From: a virus
Taxonomy: Duplodnaviria; Heunggongvirae; Uroviricota; Caudoviricetes
IMG/VR virus record: IMGVR_UViG_3300031760_000006
Coordinates: 1 to 27,126 of that record
Length of the DNA: 27,126 bases
Reading direction: 5' to 3' (one strand)
How positions within the stretch are numbered: position 1 is the stretch's first letter; each line of letters starts with the position of its first letter. The position numbers and the translations under genes were made by a program. Below, piece by piece: positions 8,723 to 17,128 of the stretch. The notes under the pieces are model-generated. The model searched no databases and was not told the origin of the DNA. It saw nothing but the letters and a program-made list of their open reading frames with translations.

Positions 8723-9226
8723 ATGAGTTATAGTATTTCTGTAGCAAAAAGAGGAGTTTTCTTCCCCAGCAAGATTCTTGCTGAGAATGGTGGAGAACAC
8801 TTTTTCAATATTAAGCTGACATCCGACATGGATAACGGTACAATTATTGGTCGTTCCGATGGATGGTCTAGTGGTGAATTTGATGTTTATGATCAAGCTG
8901 CTGCTCCGAACGGATTTGCAGGAAAAATCCGTGGACAGGCCGCTAATGGTAATTGGTATGTTGAGGTTACTACACCTGCTGATGCACTTGTTATTTACAA
9001 TTCTGAGATTCTTCCGAGAGATGACGAAGACCTTTCTCAGATTTCTATGTTCTATAACAGCGTTGTTAATGAAGTAGTTGTTCCCGGTATTGGTCTTCAT
9101 AAGGGAGATATCGGTGAGTTCTCTAAAGAGTGCTTCACAACTACTCCTACAACTGCGTCCATTGGCAAGGCAGTTTCTGTATCTTCTGCAACCGCAACAC
9201 TTGGTAAACTTGTTATTGCTTCTTAA
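8723..9226 (+). CDS. Probable capsid decoration / head stabilising protein (167 aa)
   Basis: Immediately upstream of the major capsid gene, strong SD (GAAAGGAG), codon usage like the capsid gene, G/A/T-rich beta protein. Confidence 0.55.
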   Translation: MSYSISVAKRGVFFPSKILAENGGEHFFNIKLTSDMDNGTIIGRSDGWSSGEFDVYDQAAAPNGFAGKIRGQAANGNWYVEVTTPADALVIYNSEILPRDDEDLSQISMFYNSVVNEVVVPGIGLHKGDIGEFSKECFTTTPTTASIGKAVSVSSATATLGKLVIAS

Positions 9227-9250
9227 TTATAGGGAAAGGAGGAAAAAATA

Positions 9251-10372
9251 ATGAATAAGAGAATGTTTAACTTTTCTGCACATGTAACAAATGTTTTCGC
9301 AGAGGAGAATGTTGAGTACGAAGGACTTAAGAATTTAATGCAAGACCTTTATTATGGTCGTGAGATTTTTGATGATGAGACTGGAAGAGTTATCTCCAAG
9401 AAGGAAGCTAACGACAAAATCCTCTCTATTTCCCATAAGATTATGGGCATTAATGAGAATTCCAGAAAGATGGATAGGAAAGTAGCTTATAATAAGCACG
9501 GTTTAGAGTGGTTCTCTATTATTGCAGAGACCGTTGACGATTTACTTTCCACAGGTTTCCGTGATAGCGAATTCTTCGACCAGTTCGTAGATTACAGGAA
9601 TCAGGCTCTTGATGATGAGATGCAGTTCTGGACAGAGAAAGAAATTATTCTTAATGTTGCCAAAGCTGGAAGAACTCATCATGACCACATTTTGCAGAGA
9701 CTTGGTGCAAGGGAATACACCACAATTCCGTTTGCTCGTTATGTAGCTGCTGTAGGTGCTAATATCGACCGCTTTATGTTAGGTAAGGAAGATTGGAGTA
9801 AACTTATTAACGCTATTACAAGAGCATTCCAAGTACAGATTCAGGATGAAATCTTTGAGAAGGTATTCTCTGCAGCTTCTGCTATTCCTGCACCTGCACA
9901 GTTCATCGCAACTGGCCCTCTTACAAACGCAACAAAGGCTTACTTTGATGGGATTATCGAGAACGTATCTATTGCAAATGGTAATGTTCCTGTAGCTATC
10001 TTTGGTACACAGACCGCTCTGAGAAATGTGTCTGGACTTGCTGGCGTTGTTGGTGGCAGTGCCGATGTCCATTGGATTGCACCTTCTCAGAAGGAAGATG
10101 TTGCTCATCTTGGCAGACTTGGCGATTATGAGGGTCATGTACTCGTAGAGATTCCGCAGAGATTTGCTCGTAACGATGTTACCCAGAAACTGTATGACAA
10201 TACTAAACTTCTCATTCTCCCGATGGGCGAGGACATGAAGATGGTACTTATGACAGATGCTGGCGAGACTCTGATTGATGAGATTACAGACCGTGGAGAG
10301 GCTAATGGCTTCATTGGCGATATCATGAAGTACGAAATCCAGAGGGATTACGGTATCGCTGTAAAGATTGGT
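9251..10372 (+). CDS. Major capsid protein, exon 1 (join 9251..10372,10646..10696; 390 aa)
   Basis: SD AAGGAGG, higher-GC biased codons, position after scaffold/decoration genes, HK97-fold size. Ends GIAVKIG. Confidence 0.85.
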
Positions 10373-10645
10373 AAATTTTGCCAGTTTGTATAGAAATATA
10401 CAAATGTAATCGGGCAAAATCGGTGAAGGCTAAGTTATCATAATAATTGATGATATGCTAATACCGAGATAACCAATAAGATTGCGAAAGGCTTATTGGT
10501 ATTGTAGAGCGTAGAAGTTGAATAAATATAATACTTCCACGAGTGTCCGACACCCAAACATTTAGGATGTGGGTGAATATGTACGCCGAACTTATAGGAA
10601 ACTATAAGAACTAAGGGATAAAAAGCCTTTAGGATAACATAATTG
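10373..10645 (+). mobile_element. Group I intron without ORF (273 nt), sister of the terL intron
   Basis: P1 AUUGGU/GCCAGU with U.G at the splice site, terminal G10645. Long blocks identical to the terL intron. P7 GCGUA 10509-10513 / UACGC 10582-10586. Confidence 0.9.
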
Positions 10646-10696
10646 AGATATTTCGGTTGCTGGACTATCGGTTCTAGCTACACTCCCGGTGCTTAA
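10646..10696 (+). CDS. Major capsid protein, exon 2 (RYFGCWTIGSSYTPGA*)
   Basis: In frame after splicing. Supplies a plausible final beta strand. Codon usage matches exon 1. Confidence 0.8.
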   Translation, partial: RYFGCWTIGSSYTPGA

Positions 10697-10729
10697 TTAA
10701 TATATAAATTTGAATAAAAGGAGAAAAAT

Positions 10730-11305
10730 ATGGCAAGACAGATGAAGAAAAAGGAAGCCGTGGTTGAAGAAGCTACGGCTTCTGTTGTGGATAAAACCGA
10801 GAAAACAGAAGTAAAAGCAAAAACTGCAAAGAAAGTTAAGAAGGAATTCAAAGATACTGACGGTATCATGTGTCGTTCTGTTGTGGAGGGTAGATTGCTA
10901 TTTGTTGGCGAAAAGACAGGTATGCTTTATCAATGGTACGGTTATGGTGCTGAATACGAAGTTGAGTATAGAGACCTTGTAATTGCAGTTCGTACAAGAG
11001 GCCCTTACATTTTCAATCCTTATTTTATTATTGAAGACGAAGATTTCCTCGAGGAATTCCCAGTTGTTAAAAAGTTCTATGAGGATTCTTATGATGTAAA
11101 AGAACTTAAAAATATTCTTTATATGCCTCTTGAGGATATGAAGAAGGCAATTGTTGCACTGCCGAAGGGAGCATTAAAGACTCTTCAGAGCATAGCTTCC
11201 ACCGAGGTTTCTAATAAAACTCTTGATAGTATCCAGAAGATTCGTTATCTTGACGAAGTTTTCGGTACAGAACTTTTGCTCTTAACGGAGTTCTCTGAAA
11301 GCTAA
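10730..11305 (+). CDS. Hypothetical head-associated protein (191 aa)
   Basis: SD AAAGGAG, directly after the capsid gene, K/E-rich N-terminus. Confidence 0.6.
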   Translation: MARQMKKKEAVVEEATASVVDKTEKTEVKAKTAKKVKKEFKDTDGIMCRSVVEGRLLFVGEKTGMLYQWYGYGAEYEVEYRDLVIAVRTRGPYIFNPYFIIEDEDFLEEFPVVKKFYEDSYDVKELKNILYMPLEDMKKAIVALPKGALKTLQSIASTEVSNKTLDSIQKIRYLDEVFGTELLLLTEFSES

Positions 11306-11316
11306 GGTGATTATTT

Positions 11317-11656
11317 ATGGTCACTGTTGATTTTGCTGATGTTTATTCTGTTTTTTTTAATAAAATAGAAGCTTATGATTTTCTTGAATTAGATGATTCT
11401 GTAATCAATCAAATGTTGTTATTATATTTGAAATCATCTTTTACTAATCCATTTATCAGACAGCTGTTCTCTTCTCTCACCGTTGATGAAGATGGAGAAA
11501 ATTTTAGTTTTGAAATGAAATATGTAATTGATGACGATTCAGATACAGAATTTATAAAAGAAGTTCTTGCTTTAGGATTATGCATTAAATGGATTACTCC
11601 TAAAGTTAATTCTATTGTTGGTGTAAATCAAACTTATGGAAGTAAAGAAGAAAAAT
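11317..11656 (+). CDS. Probable head-tail connector/adaptor, exon 1 (join 11317..11656,13092..13216; 154 aa)
   Basis: Position and size fit a neck adaptor. Splicing gives GSKEEK-F-FSEASHKAELRNIL. Confidence 0.65.
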
Positions 11657-13091
11657 TGAGAGGTAAATTACCTCACGGTTCGCTATATTCGGAAACGGTA
11701 TAGTGTATTCCTTCGAATATGCTGGGACGCCCTTAGAGTCACAATACCGAAACAGAATAATGAAATATGTATAGATGGTATGGTTTGAGAAAAATGTGAA
11801 TTGGGCAATCAGCAGGGAAGTTGCGAATAGTGACACCCTCAACGACTGTGGATTGAAATATCCGTAGGGAGAAGTCTCCCGAAGTGAAGGACTCCTAAGT
11901 ACAACTTTGTTGTATATGGTGAATGATATAGTCTATGCTTGCGTGAAAGCGTAAGAAAATTTTATACGGTAATGATAACAAGACCAGACAGCGGGTAGCT
12001 CCCGTTTCATCGTAGCTCCTTAATGCGATGATTATGGTCTTTTTATATTTTTTTGTTTTTAAGGAGGAAACATTAGACATGTTATTTTCACAAAAAGATA
12101 AGAGACAAATTATAAAAATGTATAAAAGTCAAGAATCAATAGATTCAATAATTGCTTATTTTCAGTGCAAGGAAAAAGATATTCGAGTTATTCTGAAAGA
12201 AAATTATTTAGATAGGGCTAAAAATCAAAAGTTTTCTAAAGAATTAGAAAATAGAATAATTACTATGCATCAAAATAATAAACTTCATAAAGAAATAAGC
12301 GATGAATTATTAGTGTCAAGTAGTGGAATAAATAAAGTGTTAGATAGAAATAATATACCAAGAATGTCCGCAAGTATGCGGAATCGGAAATATGATAGAA
12401 ATTCATTTTATTTTGATAATATTGATACTCCCAATAAAGCTTATATTTTGGGGTTATTATATGCGGATGGTAATTTAAGCAGAGAAAATCAAATAATCAT
12501 TAGTTTGCAAGAAGAAGATGGATATATAATAAAACAAATTAAAAATGAATTAGGATATACTGGAAATATTTCCTATGTCGATTTAAAAAAGAAATCTCCT
12601 CAATGGAAAAATCAATATAGATTAGCTATTAACGATAGTCACATGGCAAAAGAATTGATGAACAAGGGACTGGTCTATACAAAAAGCTTGGTTCTTCAAT
12701 TTCCCGATTTCTTGAATAGCGAATTAATATCTCACTTTATTAGAGGTTATTATGATGGAGATGGAAATATTTGGTATGATAATAAACGAAATAAATGCCA
12801 AGTATCTATATGTGGCACCAATGAGGTGATGCAAGGTTTATCTATTATACTCACGAAATTAAATATTAAGCATAATATTTACTCTCCAAAACAGTGTAAA
12901 GGACGTAACACTTTTGTTTTAAGAACTTGTGGCAACAAATCAAGCTATGCCATTTTATCTTGGTTATATAAAGATGCTAACATGAAGATTTTAAGAAAAT
13001 ATAATTATTATTTAGATTTTTGTGAAAAATATAATAAAGTACCTGTATAAAATCTTATTTGAATTAACGACTCAAATAAGTAATGCAACAG
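11657..13091 (+). mobile_element. Group I intron (1,435 nt) carrying a LAGLIDADG homing endonuclease in P9
   Basis: P4 UGCUGG/UCAGCA, P7 GACUG 11844-11848 / UAGUC 11929-11933. Long-range stem 11959-11971 with 13040-13053 encloses the ORF. Terminal G13091 restores the frame after T11656. Confidence 0.88.
12079..13050 (+). CDS. Intron-encoded double-motif LAGLIDADG homing endonuclease with N-terminal HTH-like repeats (323 aa)
   Basis: AYILGLLYADG and SHFIRGYYDGDG motifs. SD AAGGAGG supports ATG 12079 rather than 12028. Confidence 0.92.
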   Translation: MLFSQKDKRQIIKMYKSQESIDSIIAYFQCKEKDIRVILKENYLDRAKNQKFSKELENRIITMHQNNKLHKEISDELLVSSSGINKVLDRNNIPRMSASMRNRKYDRNSFYFDNIDTPNKAYILGLLYADGNLSRENQIIISLQEEDGYIIKQIKNELGYTGNISYVDLKKKSPQWKNQYRLAINDSHMAKELMNKGLVYTKSLVLQFPDFLNSELISHFIRGYYDGDGNIWYDNKRNKCQVSICGTNEVMQGLSIILTKLNIKHNIYSPKQCKGRNTFVLRTCGNKSSYAILSWLYKDANMKILRKYNYYLDFCEKYNKVPV

Positions 13092-13216
13092 TTTTTTCAG
13101 AGGCATCTCATAAAGCAGAGCTTCGAAACATTCTTAATCTTTGGAAAAGAGAACAGTTAAAAAAAATTCGTGACAGAGGATATATTTGGAACGAATATTT
13201 GGATGGTGAAATCTAA
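13092..13216 (+). CDS. Probable head-tail connector, exon 2
   Basis: Coding part of ORF 13022-13216. Its stop overlaps the next ATG (TAATG). Confidence 0.7.
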
Positions 13217-13560
13217 TGAAAACTATCTATGGCGGTTATTTTCCAGAGGAACAATTTGAGGAATATAAAAAGAAAATGCATAAAGAAATGTTTTGGCTCT
13301 TAATATATAAAGACCCAAAAACAAAAGATGATTATCTTTATGTAGATTTTGAAAAATATTTTATAGGATTGATGAAGAAATTAAATGGTCTAAACGCTCT
13401 CTTCTCTTATCCTGTTGAAATGGTGTCTATTATGGGATTGCTTCAAGGAGCGTATCTTGAGACACAAAAAGAAAACTTTGATTATTCGATTTACAGAAAA
13501 CTTGTTTTAGATGCCCATGCTTTGGTTGACCAAATTGGAAACAATATTGAAAATGAGTGA
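13216..13560 (+). CDS. Hypothetical virion/neck protein (114 aa)
   Basis: Translationally coupled on both sides within the neck cluster. Confidence 0.65.
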   Translation: MKTIYGGYFPEEQFEEYKKKMHKEMFWLLIYKDPKTKDDYLYVDFEKYFIGLMKKLNGLNALFSYPVEMVSIMGLLQGAYLETQKENFDYSIYRKLVLDAHALVDQIGNNIENE

Positions 13561-14771
13561 TTGTTATGAATATCAAACAATATAAAGAATATTTAACCTT
13601 GCATGGCAGAAATCAAGCAGAAGTAAAGAAAAATCAAAGTGATTTTAATATTGACACTACTTTTACTCGTGACCCAAATTATAAACGAGTATACATTTTA
13701 ACAAAAGACGGATGGCAATATGAAGATGCGAAATACCAATTTCATGTTGCTAATTCTATTCTTAAAGATAGTGTTGATTATTATTTGCAATTTAGACCAA
13801 AGGTACATTATCCAGTAGGAAGTTATGTTATAGTTCCTGATGACACATCTTTTGATATAAATTTGACCGAGGAACAATTAGAGAATCCATTCTCTCAACC
13901 TGTTTCTGAAAGAACTCAATGGTGGTTTATAGTAGGTAGGGACGATGCTCGTTCTTATGTAAGATATAATATTCTTAAATGTAATTGGAATTTCCAGTGG
14001 ATCTGGAAAGGAAAAGTTATGAATTGTTTTGGTGCTATTAGAGTTGCCAACAGCTATACAAGTGGCGTTTGGAGGGATGAAATCTCCGAATCTCTTGACA
14101 ATATTATATCTGCATGGGTTCCTGATTATTATTCTGCTTATGGAATTGAAAATCTTTCAAAATTAGGATTGGATAATAATCAAACCATTACTTACAATCG
14201 GCGTTTTATGATTACTGATTCTGAATATGAACCCAAGTGTTACAGGGTTACTAAAGTAATTGAATTAACTCCAAAAGGGGTTATTAAGTACACTTTAAAG
14301 CAGGATGAATTTAATGAAAAACGAGATGAGCCATTATTAAAAATCTGCGATTATTATACCAACGAAGGCAATCCATTAGCTGAAACAACTATTTCTGGAG
14401 ATGAGGAAAAAACAAGTACCATTATTTGGAAAGATATTAACGAAGCTGGAGAATTAATTGATAATGAAAATGTAGATAAATTCTTAACTTTGGGAAAATC
14501 TTCGTATTTTTCAGTGGTATTTTCTACAGAAAAAGTTGATGCAAAATGGGAAATTAATATTAAAGCAGATGGTCAAAATGGTCAAAATAATCTATCAAAA
14601 GATGAAATTAAATATTATAACAATTTAATTAAAATAAGTAAATTCGGCCCAACAGTCATGTCTTTAAAGCCTAGCAAAGCTCACAGTTTAATAGGAAAAG
14701 TCTTCACATTATCAGTTAGTGATATTAATGGAGATTACTATTCTTCTATTGAATTGGAGGTGAAAGGATGA
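13557..14771 (+). CDS. Probable neck/head-closure protein with beta-rich C-terminal domain (404 aa)
   Basis: Coupled ORF in the neck cluster. Function from synteny only. Confidence 0.5.
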   Translation: MIVMNIKQYKEYLTLHGRNQAEVKKNQSDFNIDTTFTRDPNYKRVYILTKDGWQYEDAKYQFHVANSILKDSVDYYLQFRPKVHYPVGSYVIVPDDTSFDINLTEEQLENPFSQPVSERTQWWFIVGRDDARSYVRYNILKCNWNFQWIWKGKVMNCFGAIRVANSYTSGVWRDEISESLDNIISAWVPDYYSAYGIENLSKLGLDNNQTITYNRRFMITDSEYEPKCYRVTKVIELTPKGVIKYTLKQDEFNEKRDEPLLKICDYYTNEGNPLAETTISGDEEKTSTIIWKDINEAGELIDNENVDKFLTLGKSSYFSVVFSTEKVDAKWEINIKADGQNGQNNLSKDEIKYYNNLIKISKFGPTVMSLKPSKAHSLIGKVFTLSVSDINGDYYSSIELEVKG

Positions 14772-15388
14772 TTAGAGATATAGATAAAATAGTTAGAGAT
14801 CTGGAAGAAAAACGAAATAACGACATTATTCTTAAAAAGAATAAATTGGAAGAAATGTTTTATCAAGATCCTGACTTATTAGAAGTTTTAGGCCAAAAAG
14901 AAAAACAACCTTTAAATCAGTATGCAGATCCTAATAATCCAACAGATGAAGAATTAGAGGAACGCAGAAAAATTCTTGATTACAACGAAAGAATAAGTCA
15001 CAAACAAATTATTCCTTTTCTCAAATTAAATGAGTTACAGAAGGAAGTTGTGAATTTTATTATGTTTGATATTGAGGATAGTCTTATACGTTATGGTACA
15101 TCTGATGCAATAAAACAGCAAAACATAGTTGTGATGTGTTTAGTTCAGGAAGATGACATGGATACTCAATACGGTATACAAAGAGCAGATTTGTTAAGTT
15201 ATATTGTTAGAGATTTACTTTGTTGGACAAATGCTTTAGGTTCTCAGCTTAGATTGGCTAGTGATTATCCTGAAGTTACCGATTCAAAATATTATTGCAG
15301 AACTTTAAAATTTATAATTGAAGCTCCAAATGTTGTAAAAGGTCACATGGGAAAGAATAATAAGTATGACAGATTCCAAAGCATATGA
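14768..15388 (+). CDS. Probable tail completion/terminator protein (206 aa)
   Basis: ATGA overlap with the previous gene. Located upstream of the tail tube gene; RADLLSYIVRDLL helix then beta strands. Confidence 0.5.
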   Translation: MIRDIDKIVRDLEEKRNNDIILKKNKLEEMFYQDPDLLEVLGQKEKQPLNQYADPNNPTDEELEERRKILDYNERISHKQIIPFLKLNELQKEVVNFIMFDIEDSLIRYGTSDAIKQQNIVVMCLVQEDDMDTQYGIQRADLLSYIVRDLLCWTNALGSQLRLASDYPEVTDSKYYCRTLKFIIEAPNVVKGHMGKNNKYDRFQSI

Positions 15389-16163
15389 AATTGACCAGTT
15401 ACGTTTATATTTTGGAGAACCTTTTTCAATAAAGATTCCTTCAATAAATCCAGATATTCCTTATAAAGAAATGATTATATATCAACCAACTATAGGGGAT
15501 ATTATTAATTTTGGAGAAAAGAGATTGTATTCTGCGGTAAATGTTTTTGTAGCTAATTCAACTATGTATCGATTGCAATTATGGGAACTAGGGCTTGATT
15601 GGAATGAGTTATCCGATTTTGAAGTGTTTAGTATGTTGGTAACCAGCTTATCAATTGAAGATACAAAATTATTATTTGGTGATATTGATTTTTCAAAATT
15701 TGTTCCAATGGGTAAAAGAATGCCTGATTCAGAAGAAACAGAATTTATTTTATATAATCAAGAACAAGATATTGAAATAAATAAAGATATACACGGAATT
15801 CTTTGTAATTATATAAGAACTATGTTTAATATCTTTCCAAAACGAGAATTTGCAAAAGGTAAAGCTACTAAAAAAGCATTGATTTGGGAAGACAGACAGA
15901 AATTAGAACGAGATAAAGACAAAACTTACTCCTCTTCTCTTCTGCCGATGATTAGTTCTTGTTTAAATCACCCCGGTTTTAAATATAAAAAAAATGAACT
16001 TCGAGAAGTTGGAATTGTAGAATTTATGGATAGTGTGCAACGGTTGCAGATTTATGAATCTACAACCGCTTTATTAAGAGGAATGTATTCAGGATTTATG
16101 GATACTTCTAAAATAGATAAGGAACAATTTAATTTTATGCGTGAGATAAAGCTTACTCATTAA
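15366..16163 (+). CDS. Hypothetical structural-module protein (265 aa)
   Basis: Long ORF overlapping the previous gene. No motif recognised. Confidence 0.65.
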   Translation: MTDSKAYEIDQLRLYFGEPFSIKIPSINPDIPYKEMIIYQPTIGDIINFGEKRLYSAVNVFVANSTMYRLQLWELGLDWNELSDFEVFSMLVTSLSIEDTKLLFGDIDFSKFVPMGKRMPDSEETEFILYNQEQDIEINKDIHGILCNYIRTMFNIFPKREFAKGKATKKALIWEDRQKLERDKDKTYSSSLLPMISSCLNHPGFKYKKNELREVGIVEFMDSVQRLQIYESTTALLRGMYSGFMDTSKIDKEQFNFMREIKLTH

Positions 16164-16198
16164 ATTAAAACAGTAAATATATTAATTATAGTAATTTT

Positions 16199-16224
16199 GA
16201 ACTTGCTTATGCAAGTTCTTTTTT
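16199..16224 (+). terminator. Terminator-like hairpin just upstream of the major tail SD
   Basis: GAACTTGC-ttat-GCAAGTTC-TTTTTT. Confidence 0.6.
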
Positions 16225-16251
16225 ATTCGAAAAAATGAAGGAGGAATAAAT

Positions 16252-16272
16252 ATGAGTTTTGCTCTTGGCGAT
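16252..16272 (+). CDS. Major tail (tube) protein, exon 1, MSFALGD (join 16252..16272,16605..16772,17129..17737; 265 aa)
   Basis: Strong SD AAGGAGG, ATG, 7 codons, then TAG at the intron start. Confidence 0.8.
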
Positions 16273-16604
16273 TAGCGAAATAGTCGCTTCATATAGTAAT
16301 ATATGTCGAAAAGTCGGTGAACACTTTGTGTGGTGTACAATTCACGTTTAGTGGCCATAGGAAATGATGGTTAAGAATTGTGCTAACAGGGAAACCCTAA
16401 GTGAATAAATTAATTCATATGGCAATCCTGTGCCAAGCTTAGATGGCGACATCTTTGAAGGTGCAACGACTAGGATATACCGACTCTCTGAGTTGATGAA
16501 ATCCGTACTCACATTTTATGTGGGGAAGTGCCGACCGTCCTAAAAATAGGATGATGATATAGTCTAACCCCTTTTAAATATTGCGAAAGCAAGGGTATTA
16601 AGTG
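16273..16604 (+). mobile_element. Group I intron without ORF (332 nt), first major tail intron
   Basis: P1 GGCGAU|UA...UAGUCGCU with U.G, P3 GUCGGU/GCCGAC, P7 GACUA 16468-16472 / UAGUC 16560-16564, terminal G16604. Confidence 0.9.
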
Positions 16605-16772
16605 GTTATCGTTGATAGAATTCAATTTGGATGGGCAGAGAAATTTGACGGAACTCCCATCTATGTTTTAACACAGCTTTCTGAGGGTTCTCTTGAGATT
16701 ACTGCTGAGTCTAAGGATGCCGTTGATAAAGATGGTACTTTGATTAAGAGATTCTGGCAAGGAAAGACGGGT
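16605..16772 (+). CDS. Major tail protein, exon 2 (VIVDRIQFGWAEK...IKRFWQGKTG, 56 aa), not in ORF track
   Basis: Open frame between the two introns, phase 0 on both sides, codon bias like the capsid gene. Confidence 0.85.
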
Positions 16773-17128
16773 AAATGAATTGCTCCCTCGCATAGTGATA
16801 TGCGTTGAATAAGTTAGTGAACACATAAATATGTGGTGTGTGACTCACGTTTAGTAATTATAGGAAATGATAATTAAGAGTCATGCTAACAGGGGAAGCC
16901 TAAGTCAGTTTAGCGTTGCTGATATGGTAATCCTGTGCCAAGCTTTAACTATTGTTAAAGAAGGTCAAACGACCATCCCATTGGTACTGAAATGTACTTT
17001 AGGAGTAGGGCTAGGTGAAATTCCTAGTGGGTGAGACCCCCTTAAATCGAAGTGCTAACTACCCTATTAAATAGGGTAAAGATATGGTCTATTCCCATCT
17101 AAATATTACGAAAGTAAGGGTATTAAAG
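16773..17128 (+). mobile_element. Group I intron without ORF (356 nt), second major tail intron, sister of the first
   Basis: P1 GGGU|AA...UUGCUC, P3 GUUAGU/GCUAAC, P7 GACCA 16971-16975 / UGGUC 17085-17089, terminal G17128. Confidence 0.9.

Noticed and set aside
8672-10417. Minus-strand ORFs of 142 and 212 aa
   Set aside because: Antisense to the strongly codon-biased decoration and capsid genes.
11612-12080. Minus-strand ORFs and the 12028 start within the third intron
   Set aside because: They lie in the ribozyme core or leader. The SD supports ATG 12079.
13022-13091. N-terminus of the 64-aa ORF
   Set aside because: Intron sequence. Only 13092-13216 is exon.
17084-17128. N-terminus of the 217-aa ORF
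   Set aside because: The ATG lies in intron P7 with no SD. The real start is 16252.
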